A stretch of 36,147 nt of DNA from a virus (IMGVR_UViG_3300020043_000238:1-36147); one strand, 5' to 3'; positions 1-7,706 are shown, counted from the first letter of the stretch. The notes: generated by a model from the letters alone, not told the origin. Made by a program: numbers and translations.

Positions 1-279
1 GCCTCGCTTTGCTTTGCTTGTCACTCAGAATTAGACCAAGGCAAGAACATGACCAAAGAGCAACGGCAAGAGATGTGGCACAAAAGCCATATCAAAACGG
101 TGGACAAACTGGTAAAATTGGGCTTATGGCCTGACAATGTGCCCAAAGGAAACGTATGAAATTCAGCGTTAAAAAAGCCGATCCAGTGATGCAATTCACC
201 ATGTGCTTGTTGCACAGCGTCACCAACGGGCACATTCTGCATTTGACCACCACAAGCTATTCAGAGCATAAGGCGCTTG
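1..279. repeat. Perfect inverted copy of 1728..2006 at the contig end (probable fold-back chimera)
   Basis: Bases 1-279 are the reverse complement of 1728-2006; the identical 73-aa ORFs 21..242(-) and 1765..1986(+) reflect this. Confidence 0.95.
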
Positions 280-309
280 CTTTTTAGTTGGCCCTTATAT
301 TTTTTGTTT

Positions 310-1050
310 TCAAAGCAAAATTTCGCGTTTTAGCCCTTTAATTGCAAAAAGAGCATCATCCTTACTGATTTGCCCTTGTCTCCATTGCAAACGTATTGCA
401 TCTGCCTTAAGGTACATCTGGTGCGCTTGCTCTTGTGTTTCAAAGTACCCAAGACCTATAACCAATGGGCTTATGCCTATTTGACCGCGCCACTTGCTGT
501 AATTTTTAAACCATGAAACACCTGTAACGCCCGACTTGTTACGGTCACTGTGCTTTCTATGTTGAGTGAACGGTTTGGGTTTGGCTTCTCTGCGTTGCGC
601 TATTGCTTGCTTGTTAAGCAGTTTACGTTCGGTTATCCACCAACGGTTAGCCGCTTTAACAGGGTTGTCTACCCACCGTTGAATCCATCTTTCCCTGTTT
701 GCTATGCCACCCATCATGGTGTCAACAGGCATACCACCTCGGGCAATGTTCCAGCCTATGCGGTTAGTAGGTCTTAGCAACCCCTCTATTCGCTCACAAT
801 ATTCTCGGGTATCAGCTACTAATACCACCTCATAAATTAGGTCTGGGTGTTTGCGTATAGCCTTGTTAACAACAGCGCAATTGCTATCAGGGTGTCGGCG
901 TGATGCGCTTTTATGGTCAAGCCATCTATCTCTAACCATGTTGTGCGTTATCCCTACATAACCCTCTTTGGTTATATCGGTGTGTTCGGGCTTATGTATC
1001 CAGTAAACAACAGAAGCCCCTTTGGGTTGGTGTTCAATTCCCTTGTACAT
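310..1050 (-). CDS. GIY-YIG-like endonuclease with C-terminal AP2 DNA-binding domain (homing endonuclease-like)
   Basis: N-terminal VVYWI...GYVGIT..VRDRW..H; C-terminal NKSGVTGVSW..KWRGQI..LGYFETQEQA AP2 pattern. Confidence 0.7.
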   Translation of the reverse strand: MYKGIEHQPKGASVVYWIHKPEHTDITKEGYVGITHNMVRDRWLDHKSASRRHPDSNCAVVNKAIRKHPDLIYEVVLVADTREYCERIEGLLRPTNRIGWNIARGGMPVDTMMGGIANRERWIQRWVDNPVKAANRWWITERKLLNKQAIAQRREAKPKPFTQHRKHSDRNKSGVTGVSWFKNYSKWRGQIGISPLVIGLGYFETQEQAHQMYLKADAIRLQWRQGQISKDDALFAIKGLKREILL

Positions 1051-1465
1051 TGCTTACAACATACGCATAGTCATGCTTGGTGTATTGCTTCTCACCACTG
1101 AAGGCATAGTGGGTGTATATCCCCTGCTTCTCTAGCCCTGTCTTATGGCTATGGTCTGCATGGCATAGGCTTTGAAAGATGTTGTTGAGGAAGGCGTGTT
1201 TGCCTATGTGCTTCCATGCGAACACGTGGTCAACGTGCTTTGCCGCTTCTATCTTGCCTCTACTTAGACACGCTTGGCATAGTGGCTGTATAGATAACTG
1301 TCGTTGCCTTACTGTCTTCCATGCTGGTGTTTGGTAAATGCTGTCTGTCTCTCGGGTAGGTAGGTTGTCCTTACCCCCGTGCTGGATACAAAAGCTGTTA
1401 AGCCTAGACCTCGGCTCTTTGCATCCCAACTCTGAGCATTTACTGTTAGTAGGGCAAGTGGGCAT
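1034..1465 (-). CDS. HNH endonuclease, packaging-associated (HK97 gp74-like)
   Basis: WKTVRQRQL..QPLCQAC..HVDHV..FQSLCHADHSHKT; position at end of the arm, where terminase genes normally follow. Confidence 0.8.
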   Translation of the reverse strand: MPTCPTNSKCSELGCKEPRSRLNSFCIQHGGKDNLPTRETDSIYQTPAWKTVRQRQLSIQPLCQACLSRGKIEAAKHVDHVFAWKHIGKHAFLNNIFQSLCHADHSHKTGLEKQGIYTHYAFSGEKQYTKHDYAYVVSNVQGN

Positions 1466-1467
1466 TG

Positions 1468-1851
1468 TTACTTCAGGAACCGCAACTTATACAGGGTTGA
1501 GTCAATCAGTTGGGCAATCTCATCCACGCTGTTCTGTAGTTCGCTGTCTTGGGGAAACTTATCTGCTCTACGCAATGTAGCCACCTCATCTTTGAGGTAG
1601 GTTAGGTATTCCAATGGCTGTCCCGGCAATTCGTAATCAGCCGTGAAATCGTGCAATAAGCCGTATTTGCCTTGGAATGCTTCAATGAAACCGTCCACAA
1701 GGTCGCCAACTTCGCTGTAAAAAGTGCCAAGCGCCTTATGCTCTGAATAGCTTGTGGTGGTCAAATGCAGAATGTGCCCGTTGGTGACGCTGTGCAACAA
1801 GCACATGGTGAATTGCATCACTGGATCGGCTTTTTTAACGCTGAATTTCAT
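1468..1851 (-). CDS. Ferritin/Dps-like four-helix protein (DUF5856-like)
   Basis: HILHL..SYSEHKAL..FY..VDGFIEAFQGKYG..STLYKLRFL pattern. Confidence 0.65.
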   Translation of the reverse strand: MKFSVKKADPVMQFTMCLLHSVTNGHILHLTTTSYSEHKALGTFYSEVGDLVDGFIEAFQGKYGLLHDFTADYELPGQPLEYLTYLKDEVATLRRADKFPQDSELQNSVDEIAQLIDSTLYKLRFLK

Positions 1852-2171
1852 ACGTTTCCTTTGGGCACATTGTCAGGCCATAAGCCCAATTTTACCAGTT
1901 TGTCCACCGTTTTGATATGGCTTTTGTGCCACATCTCTTGCCGTTGCTCTTTGGTCATGTTCTTGCCTTGGTCTAATTCTGAGTGACAAGCAAAGCAAAG
2001 CGAGGCAATCAAATTGTCGCTGGCTTTGATTCCCCTTCCTTTACCGCCACCCCAATTAGTGTGCGCTGCAACCACTGTTCCATCGTCTGCCCCGCAGTTT
2101 TGGCAAGGTATTTCCCGCGCATTGCGTAACAACGCAGGGCTTCGGATGTATTCGTGTTTAGGAAACCTCAT
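1848..2171 (-). CDS. DUF1364/DUF968-like Zn-binding putative nuclease
   Basis: PCQNCG..TVVAAH..GKGRGIKASD..LCFACHSELD. Confidence 0.7.
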   Translation of the reverse strand: MRFPKHEYIRSPALLRNAREIPCQNCGADDGTVVAAHTNWGGGKGRGIKASDNLIASLCFACHSELDQGKNMTKEQRQEMWHKSHIKTVDKLVKLGLWPDNVPKGNV

Positions 2172-2457
2172 GCTTGTTCAATTGCGGCTTGACGTTTGGG
2201 TTGGCTCGACTGTAAATGCCAAACTGCTTATAAGCAATCAGCGCCAATTCCTTTTCCTTTGTTTGTGAGCCAAGTTTTTTGATTGTTCCGACATTTTTGC
2301 CAATTTGCCGCTGTGATTCAACAAAATCTGAAGCAATCTGTGCCGCGCTTTTTCCATCAACACCTTTTGCTCTGAAGGTGTGATCTTTCATAAACATACT
2401 ATCGCGGGGATTGCTTGCCCACAAAAATGGCGAATCTGGATGGCATTTACATTTCAT
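2158..2457 (-). CDS. Hypothetical protein
   Basis: ATG at 2457 (MKCKCHPDSPF) overlaps upstream stop in ATGA fashion. Confidence 0.7.
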   Translation of the reverse strand: MKCKCHPDSPFLWASNPRDSMFMKDHTFRAKGVDGKSAAQIASDFVESQRQIGKNVGTIKKLGSQTKEKELALIAYKQFGIYSRANPNVKPQLNKHEVS

Positions 2458-2783
2458 GTGTTGCTCCTTGCTCGGATGGCGGCGGCAAGGTTGTTGCATA
2501 CATTTGTGCCAGTATGTTTTACATCTTCTGGGCTGTATTCCCAGATTGATGCAATGGCTTTCTCACACACCTTTGCACACGCCTCACGCTCTGCTGCTGC
2601 AATGCTGTTTTCGTACTCAGTCCAGTGCTCTTGTGTCCATGTGCGGTTGCGCTCGTCAGCACGGACAAGCTCGGCAAAGCGTTCAATATATGGAGTCAAA
2701 TCGTGATCCTCCATCCAAGGAGTTGTGCAATCCGTTTCCATAATTAGCTCTGCTTCACGCGCCATCTCAATCACTGTTTTCAT
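2454..2783 (-). CDS. Hypothetical phage protein (ERFAELVRADER / AAEREACAKVCE family)
   Basis: ATG at 2783 coupled to upstream stop; typical EREACAK..AAAIRAR motif. Confidence 0.75.
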   Translation of the reverse strand: MKTVIEMAREAELIMETDCTTPWMEDHDLTPYIERFAELVRADERNRTWTQEHWTEYENSIAAAEREACAKVCEKAIASIWEYSPEDVKHTGTNVCNNLAAAIRARSNT

Positions 2784-2920
2784 TTCTTCTCCCTCAAGCA
2801 AGAGCAAGTCCACCCGCTGCTGTCATAGCCAAGGCCGTGGCAGTAAGGGCACTCAGTGTCAGTAACTGCTGGTTTGACAGGGCCAAGCCAACGCTTGAGC
2901 CAGTTGATGATGGCGGTCAT
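2780..2920 (-). CDS. 46-aa CxxC Zn-finger-like mini protein, copy 1
   Basis: Hand translation MTAIINWLKRWLGPVKPAVTDTECPYCHGLGYDSSGWTCSCLREKK; ATGA overlaps at both ends. Confidence 0.7.
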   Translation of the reverse strand: MTAIINWLKRWLGPVKPAVTDTECPYCHGLGYDSSGWTCSCLREKK

Positions 2921-3627
2921 GTGTTCTCCTTGATTGCATAGTCGTGAAATATTGCTCCCTTGCTGGCGTCACCCACCTTGCAGGACTTGACCCAAACATT
3001 CTTTCCGCTTGCAAGCCGCCTCAAATGCCCACGGCGGTCATGCAAGCGAGGTGATGCGTGTGTGCCCCCATTGCCCTCTGATCGAGGCTTGGCTGGCTCA
3101 ATCCAGACCGTTGTCCAGTCGTAGGTCGGCAGCTTGCCCTGCTGAATCTTTCGGCGGTTAGTGAACGTGTCGCGCACCGATGGGATGTATGCCTCCATGC
3201 GGCGATCCATTCCGCTGTACCAAGCTCCAAGCTGCGCCAGCATCAACTCAGCAAGTTCTTTGTCTACCGGTTCATCTTCGTTGACGGAACCATAACGAAT
3301 CTCGTCACCTTCAATAAAGTAAAACATTGCAGGAATAGGCCGCAAACGTGTGCCTGACGGACCTTTCCACATGGACACAGAAATTCCTTCATCGGGCTCA
3401 TCCCCCGCTACCAACATCAGAACTTCGTAGCTTGGGTGGTGACGGGTCTTGCCTTGCCAAGCAACAAAACATTTGCCGAACGGCGGTCTGTGCGTCATTA
3501 CCGGGTCTAAATTGGCTTTTTGCTTGTCTTCAACTGCACCAGTCATGTCAAACCACTTGATGTCCACAATATCTACGCCAGCATCAGACATCAGCTTCAT
3601 AGAGTCTCGAACCAATTGCGTTGTCAT
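2917..3627 (-). CDS. Hypothetical protein with C-terminal HASPRLHDRRGH motif
   Basis: Long ORF; ATG at 3627 (MTTQLV) coupled to upstream stop. Confidence 0.8.
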   Translation of the reverse strand: MTTQLVRDSMKLMSDAGVDIVDIKWFDMTGAVEDKQKANLDPVMTHRPPFGKCFVAWQGKTRHHPSYEVLMLVAGDEPDEGISVSMWKGPSGTRLRPIPAMFYFIEGDEIRYGSVNEDEPVDKELAELMLAQLGAWYSGMDRRMEAYIPSVRDTFTNRRKIQQGKLPTYDWTTVWIEPAKPRSEGNGGTHASPRLHDRRGHLRRLASGKNVWVKSCKVGDASKGAIFHDYAIKENT

Positions 3628-3764
3628 TTTTTCTCCCTCAAGCAACTGCACCAGTACCCGCTGCTGTCATAGCCAAGGCCGTGGCAGTAAGGGCACTCAG
3701 TGTCAGTAACTGCTGGTTTGACAGGGCCAAGCCAACGCTTGAGCCAGTTGATGATGGCGGTCAT
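3624..3764 (-). CDS. 46-aa CxxC Zn-finger-like mini protein, copy 2
   Basis: Same as copy 1 except ...DSSGYWCSCLREKK; ATGA overlaps at both ends. Confidence 0.7.
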   Translation of the reverse strand: MTAIINWLKRWLGPVKPAVTDTECPYCHGLGYDSSGYWCSCLREKK

Positions 3765-4117
3765 GTGTTGTTTCTTTTTAATATTGATTCAGCAAGAGCC
3801 GCGGCTTCAAGTTTTGAATAACAAGATTGATTGATTGCGGAAAATTCTTCTTCAGTTAAACCAATCCATTGGCGCTTTGCTTTTTTACGAACCATGCGCT
3901 GCTCATGCAATTCTTGACCTTCCAATTTATGCCCTTTTGACGCGACAAGAGCAAAAATATATTCAATGCCTTTAGAGCCCAAATTTGGAATGGCTTTTAA
4001 TTCCAATGTTGTTACTTGAAGAAGCTGGTCATAAGTCACTACACCAACAGCCCCTAAAGCGTTTGCACACATTGTTGGCAAACCTAATTTTTTTAATTCA
4101 TTCATATTTATCATCAT
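3761..4117 (-). CDS. RNA polymerase alpha-CTD-like domain protein (N-terminal) with WIGLTEEE phage module
   Basis: LKKLGLPTMCANALGAVGVVTYDQLLQVTTLELKAIPNLGSKG resembles RpoA CTD; ATG 4117 coupled to upstream stop. Confidence 0.75.
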   Translation of the reverse strand: MMINMNELKKLGLPTMCANALGAVGVVTYDQLLQVTTLELKAIPNLGSKGIEYIFALVASKGHKLEGQELHEQRMVRKKAKRQWIGLTEEEFSAINQSCYSKLEAAALAESILKRNNT

Positions 4118-4368
4118 GTACCCTTTGTGCCCCAATCGGGCATAGATTCCTTGGCTGACAATGCCTCAAGGTGCATATACAAACGATCAAGTTCATCGTT
4201 GTTAAAGTTGCCCCTGCAATAGTGCGACCAGAACCATGTGGCTTCTTCCCAATACATATCCTTGAACAGCCTGTCACGAACAAATGCGCCGGGGCTGTTG
4301 GGCATATACAACTTCAATGGGTTGTCAATCTCTGCTTGCATTGCTGCGGCAATTGCTGCGTAGTTCAT
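4114..4368 (-). CDS. Hypothetical protein
   Basis: 84-aa ORF with ATGA overlaps at both ends. Confidence 0.7.
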   Translation of the reverse strand: MNYAAIAAAMQAEIDNPLKLYMPNSPGAFVRDRLFKDMYWEEATWFWSHYCRGNFNNDELDRLYMHLEALSAKESMPDWGTKGT

Positions 4369-4589
4369 GCCTCCCTCGCTTTCAGCATGGCATCGGCATA
4401 CACATAAACAACGCTTGACAAATACTCAGCATAAGATTGCTCCGCTTTTGCAGCGTTAAACAAACCTTGAGAAATAGCGCCTTGCAACGCTTGGGCCGCA
4501 AAGTAATCGCGCAAAGTCATGCCTTCTTGTGTTGTTGCATGAGTGAACAGCAATGGAAATGCTTGACCACCTGTGTTTGTATGTTTCAT
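4365..4589 (-). CDS. Hypothetical phage protein (GMTLRDYFAA family)
   Basis: TGGQAFP..GMTLRDYFAAQAL..YADAMLKARE; AGGA SD before ATG 4589. Confidence 0.8.
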   Translation of the reverse strand: MKHTNTGGQAFPLLFTHATTQEGMTLRDYFAAQALQGAISQGLFNAAKAEQSYAEYLSSVVYVYADAMLKAREA

Positions 4590-4617
4590 GTTTTGTCCTG
4601 TAGTTGATGACAACTCA

Positions 4618-4634
4618 ATTATAAGCAACCTTAT
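4618..4634 (-). promoter_or_regulatory. Putative operator ATAAG-N4-CTTAT overlapping TATAAT -10 box
   Basis: Minus strand reads ATAAGGTTGCTTATAAT, upstream of the 4589 gene. Confidence 0.6.
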
Positions 4635-5053
4635 GCCTTTTGTGCTGTCTCTTTAAAAATAATTCCGTTGGTTGCGCCCCATGCCTCCAAAAACGTAATG
4701 AACTCCATTGCTTGTTCTTTGGTGAAATTGCGCGTTTGAAGGCCCAATTGCACAATGCCTTGCCCATCCAATGACGGAATGATTTTGCCGCCTTGTAGGC
4801 CTGTTTCCTTGGCGAATAGGTCTACTAGCAGTCGCTTCCAATCCTCGGTTGACCACTTGGCGCCAAGGTGTTGTGCTTGCGTTGCGATTTCACCAAGCAT
4901 GGCGTGATACTTTTCTTCTTGGTCGCGGGTCTTGCTTTCAGCCTTAATTTCCATGCGTAGCTGTTTTCCAGCCTTAAGCGAGTCTTTGACCTTGGGCCAT
5001 ACGCTTGCCATCAACGCTGTGGCTTGTTCTGTGTTGTGCAAATGGAAAATCAT
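4631..5053 (-). CDS. ninB: NinB/Orf-family recombination protein
   Basis: KTRDQEEKYHAMLGEIA..WSTEDWKRLL..IPSLDG..LGLQTRNFTKEQAMEFI..AWGA. Confidence 0.8.
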   Translation of the reverse strand: MIFHLHNTEQATALMASVWPKVKDSLKAGKQLRMEIKAESKTRDQEEKYHAMLGEIATQAQHLGAKWSTEDWKRLLVDLFAKETGLQGGKIIPSLDGQGIVQLGLQTRNFTKEQAMEFITFLEAWGATNGIIFKETAQKA

Positions 5054-5319
5054 TGCGTCACCCCAATCATGCGTAACGCTTCTTCAGCGTTGTCAATGCG
5101 GCACAGCTTGCCACCGCACCAATTGCCGAAAAAGTCTTGTTGAAGGCGTGTCAAGGTTTTTTTAGGCCCGTCCTTGATTTCAACCAGCCATGTCTGCCCT
5201 TCGTAGCCAACCAAAAGGTCAACAGGCAAGCCGATGATCCAAACGTAAGCCCCTGCCGCCCGTAAGGCGCTAACAATTTGGGCTTGGTTTGCGTCCACCC
5301 GTGCTGCTCGTCTAATCAT
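5050..5319 (-). CDS. VRR-NUC-like PD-(D/E)xK nuclease / putative resolvase
   Basis: RVDANQAQIV..PVDLLVG..LVEIKDG..LTRLQQDF. Confidence 0.75.
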   Translation of the reverse strand: MIRRAARVDANQAQIVSALRAAGAYVWIIGLPVDLLVGYEGQTWLVEIKDGPKKTLTRLQQDFFGNWCGGKLCRIDNAEEALRMIGVTQ

Positions 5320-5587
5320 TGGATTCCTTCTGTGCGTTCATGCGCTGGCGTAAATCCTCGGCTGCTTTCGCGCCCCGCTTTTTGGTTATGTCTGCCAACG
5401 TGTTCTGCCACCAGACAAAGGCTTCTCGCCTCCCATGTTCCAGAATTCTCTTTTTGTAACGCTGTATCCATTCCCGCGCTTCCGCTTGGTTCATAGTCTC
5501 CCGTAAGCTCAAGAGCTCGGAGGATGACAAATTCGCTAAATTGCCAACCTTCTCGGGTTCGGTCAAGGATTTGGTTTGCTCGTTCAT
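5312..5587 (-). CDS. Hypothetical protein (EAREWI..WW..RG..LR motif)
   Basis: ATGA-coupled to MTase alpha stop; helical, protein-like C-terminal two-thirds. Confidence 0.55.
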   Translation of the reverse strand: MNEQTKSLTEPEKVGNLANLSSSELLSLRETMNQAEAREWIQRYKKRILEHGRREAFVWWQNTLADITKKRGAKAAEDLRQRMNAQKESND

Positions 5588-5594
5588 AGTTCAT
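5316..5594 (-). CDS. Hypothetical protein in overlapping frame (ANQILDRTREG..ALELTGD)
   Basis: ATG directly follows the stop of the 5595..6407 ORF; its stop is ATGA-coupled to the nuclease gene. Confidence 0.45.
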   Translation of the reverse strand: MNYERANQILDRTREGWQFSEFVILRALELTGDYEPSGSAGMDTALQKENSGTWEARSLCLVAEHVGRHNQKAGRESSRGFTPAHERTEGIQ

Positions 5595-6411
5595 TCAAAA
5601 CTTTCCATGCTGTTGCGGCACACAAGGGGACTTGTCCATTTCCAATGGCTTTAAGTCTGTCCACCCCAGAGGCCAGCCCATTAGCCATTCGACCCACATC
5701 GGGTTCAGTTTGCCACCAGCGTGAGTTGCAAGCGTAGGCGTGTTCCTGGTGTATTCCGCTGGATAAGCCCCCTCTTTGCTGTTGTGGCAAGTTGGTGTAG
5801 GAAACATTTTGTCCCGAACTGCCTGGTTGATTGTGTATTGTGCTGGCTGACCCGATTTGCGTTTCGGTGTCCAATTGGGTTGAGTCCCGCGCTTCCCGCA
5901 ATTGGCATCTGGCGTAGGCCAATTTTCCGACAATCCAGATTCTGTCCCTTTGGTGGTTTGCTCCAACATCGGCAGCTCCCATAACAGTCCACTTCGTGTC
6001 ATACCCGAGCGCGGTAAGGTCGCCAAGGACTCGTTCAAGTCCTCGAGTAACGAGCATTGGGCTGTTCTCCACAAAGACGTATTTGGGTCGTACTTCGCCA
6101 ACCACCCGCGCCATGTGACTCCACATTCCTGATCGTTCTCCGTTAATTCCCGCACCTTTTCCAGCCGCCGAAATGTCTTGGCATGGAAACCCGCCCGAAA
6201 CAACGTCAACAATGCCTCTCCAAGGCTTTCCGTCAAAGGTTTGTACGTCATCCCAAATTGGGAAAGGCGGGAGAAGTCCGTCATTTTGTCTGGCGCACAG
6301 TACGCTTGCTGGATAGGGTTCCCATTCAACGGCGCAGACGGTTCGCCATCCAAGAAGTTTTCCCCCAAGTATTCCTCCACCAGCACCCGCGAATAAAGCC
6401 AGCTCATTCAT
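5584..6411 (-). CDS. C5 cytosine DNA methyltransferase, alpha chain
   Basis: Motif I LFAGAGG, IV GGFPCQD, VI ENS, VIII HQRDRIWIVG, X RLKAIGNGQV; motif IX not evident. Confidence 0.92.
   Translation of the reverse strand: MNELALFAGAGGGILGGKLLGWRTVCAVEWEPYPASVLCARQNDGLLPPFPIWDDVQTFDGKPWRGIVDVVSGGFPCQDISAAGKGAGINGERSGMWSHMARVVGEVRPKYVFVENSPMLVTRGLERVLGDLTALGYDTKWTVMGAADVGANHQRDRIWIVGKLAYARCQLREARDSTQLDTETQIGSASTIHNQPGSSGQNVSYTNLPQQQRGGLSSGIHQEHAYACNSRWWQTEPDVGRMANGLASGVDRLKAIGNGQVPLCAATAWKVLNEL
5595..6407 (-). CDS. Out-of-frame nested ORF: probable MTase beta chain carrying motif IX (true start may be internal)
   Basis: 270 open codons inside the MTase gene; WPTP/FPTP repeats and GKLNPMWVEWLMGWPLGWT motif IX-like end. 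Confidence 0.7.
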   Translation of the reverse strand: MSWLYSRVLVEEYLGENFLDGEPSAPLNGNPIQQAYCAPDKMTDFSRLSQFGMTYKPLTESLGEALLTLFRAGFHAKTFRRLEKVRELTENDQECGVTWRGWLAKYDPNTSLWRTAQCSLLEDLNESLATLPRSGMTRSGLLWELPMLEQTTKGTESGLSENWPTPDANCGKRGTQPNWTPKRKSGQPAQYTINQAVRDKMFPTPTCHNSKEGAYPAEYTRNTPTLATHAGGKLNPMWVEWLMGWPLGWTDLKPLEMDKSPCVPQQHGKF

Positions 6412-7232
6412 ACCACCTTCCTTTTTAATTCAGCCATTTTTGCCAAAGTTTCCAATGACGGGGGAACCGCCTTATGTCGATCGGCTTCAATTTTTAGCAA
6501 TGCAGGGTCTTTGCCTGTGTGTTGGGCAGGGACTGTTGACCGGGCAATGTCAGCGGCTTGTTGGGCAAAGGTTTGCTTGGGGGCAACCCACTCAGCTTTA
6601 AAACTTGCCCATGTACGCAAGCAACATTCTTTAATTGCGTCTTCAACAGTCCAGCCAGCTTTTGTAACTTGGTTTAAAAACAAGTCCCAAGCTGTTTGGG
6701 TCAAAGGCGCGTCCTTCTTTTTTCTGATTACAAGCCAATCATTCCAAATTTGTTCATTGACAGAATCAGGCCGCGTTACCAACGAGTCCTTTCCCTTCCT
6801 TTTCCCTTCCCTTCCCTTCCCTTCCCCTTGAGTATGCACAAGAGGCGTGACTGACGCGTCAACCACGCGTGCCTCATGCGTGCAAGTTGTTGATTCTTCA
6901 AGAGAAGGAATCAAGGACGTTGATTCTCTATTGTTGATAACCTGATGCTGTGACCAAGTTGGTATGCAGCCAAATTCATCTTGTTCGTGCTTATATTTTA
7001 CGATAAACCCATGCGTGACCAACGCGTCAAGCACGCGTGAAAAGTCAATTTGATCGTATGGAAGAACGTCCAATTTCAATGCTCTTGGCTTCCATTTAAA
7101 TCTTCCCTCTCGGTCACACGCCGTGAACAAACCAATGTAAGCAAGGCGTAATGGCAGGTTAGTTTTGATTTCTGCTTCATACAACGATTCGTGACGAAAC
7201 AATTCAGGTTTAACAGTTCTGATTCGTGCCAT
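6408..7232 (-). CDS. Phage replication initiator protein
   Basis: MARIRTVKPELF..ADREGRF-like N-terminus, GEGKGREGK linker, WNDWL..RKKK..PLT C-terminal domain. Confidence 0.8.
   Translation of the reverse strand: MARIRTVKPELFRHESLYEAEIKTNLPLRLAYIGLFTACDREGRFKWKPRALKLDVLPYDQIDFSRVLDALVTHGFIVKYKHEQDEFGCIPTWSQHQVINNRESTSLIPSLEESTTCTHEARVVDASVTPLVHTQGEGKGREGKRKGKDSLVTRPDSVNEQIWNDWLVIRKKKDAPLTQTAWDLFLNQVTKAGWTVEDAIKECCLRTWASFKAEWVAPKQTFAQQAADIARSTVPAQHTGKDPALLKIEADRHKAVPPSLETLAKMAELKRKVV
6843..7038. repeat. Two clusters of 11-bp-phased A(C/T/G)GCGT motifs, candidate origin iterons
   Basis: Motifs start at 6843, 6854, 6865, 6876 and 7011, 7022, 7033. Confidence 0.5.
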
Positions 7233-7599
7233 TGGCCTTCTCCAGAAACATATTTACCAAATCTTCTTTGGTCAAAACTGAAAGAATGTCACATAAGCTA
7301 TCAAGATCGTAACAATTCCAATACCCAATTTTTGCTAAAGCAAGTATCACATTGGCTTTGCAACCATCGCTTTCTGCGTGTTGATCTGAATGGCAACCCG
7401 CACACAAAGTAATGATTGTCTCCATGTCATAGTCCCACGGCCCTTCGGAATATGGGTGATAGTGAGAATGATGTGCATGAAGGGTTTTTGTCGTGCTTCC
7501 GCAACTTCTGCACGCAAATCCGTCACGCTCATAGACGCGCAAACGCATCTGTTGCCAGCGAGGGTCTAACAATTTTTCGGAATAGCTTTTATTAGCCAT
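7210..7599 (-). CDS. HNH endonuclease
   Basis: DPRWQQMRLRVYERDGFACRSCG..LHAHH..ITLCAGCH; TAAGGTG SD. Confidence 0.85.
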   Translation of the reverse strand: MANKSYSEKLLDPRWQQMRLRVYERDGFACRSCGSTTKTLHAHHSHYHPYSEGPWDYDMETIITLCAGCHSDQHAESDGCKANVILALAKIGYWNCYDLDSLCDILSVLTKEDLVNMFLEKANGTNQNC

Positions 7600-7620
7600 G
7601 AGCCGCACCTTATTAACAAT

Positions 7621-7702
7621 GAGCCACCTTGAAAGAAACCAGCGGAAGGCGAGGTGGGGACGCTTTTCGGTCGGGTAATTAGTCCGACCTATCCGGGTTC
7701 CA
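7621..7702 (-). ncRNA. Candidate structured 5' leader (multi-stem with pseudoknot)
   Basis: Stems GGAACC/GGTTTC, CGGA/TCCG, GGTCGG/CCGACC, GCG/CGC; loop CCACCT complementary to downstream AGGTGG. Confidence 0.45.
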
Positions 7703-7706
7703 AAAC

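Larger units (their letters stand above)
2812..3769. repeat. 114-bp exact direct repeat (2812..2925 = 3656..3769)
   Basis: Direct comparison of the two segments; similarity continues with mismatches to the stop codons at 2780 and 3624. Confidence 0.93.

Noticed and set aside
1-2006. Invertible segment bounded by inverted repeats
   Set aside because: One repeat runs to the contig edge, cuts genes mid-frame, and no invertase is present; an artefact is more parsimonious
2226-2235. GCTTATAAGC palindrome similar to the operator half-site
   Set aside because: Inside a coding region, lacks the N4 spacing and the -10 context
2780-3764. Near-identical repeats as a diversity-generating retroelement TR/VR pair
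   Set aside because: No reverse transcriptase in the window and the mismatches are not adenine-specific
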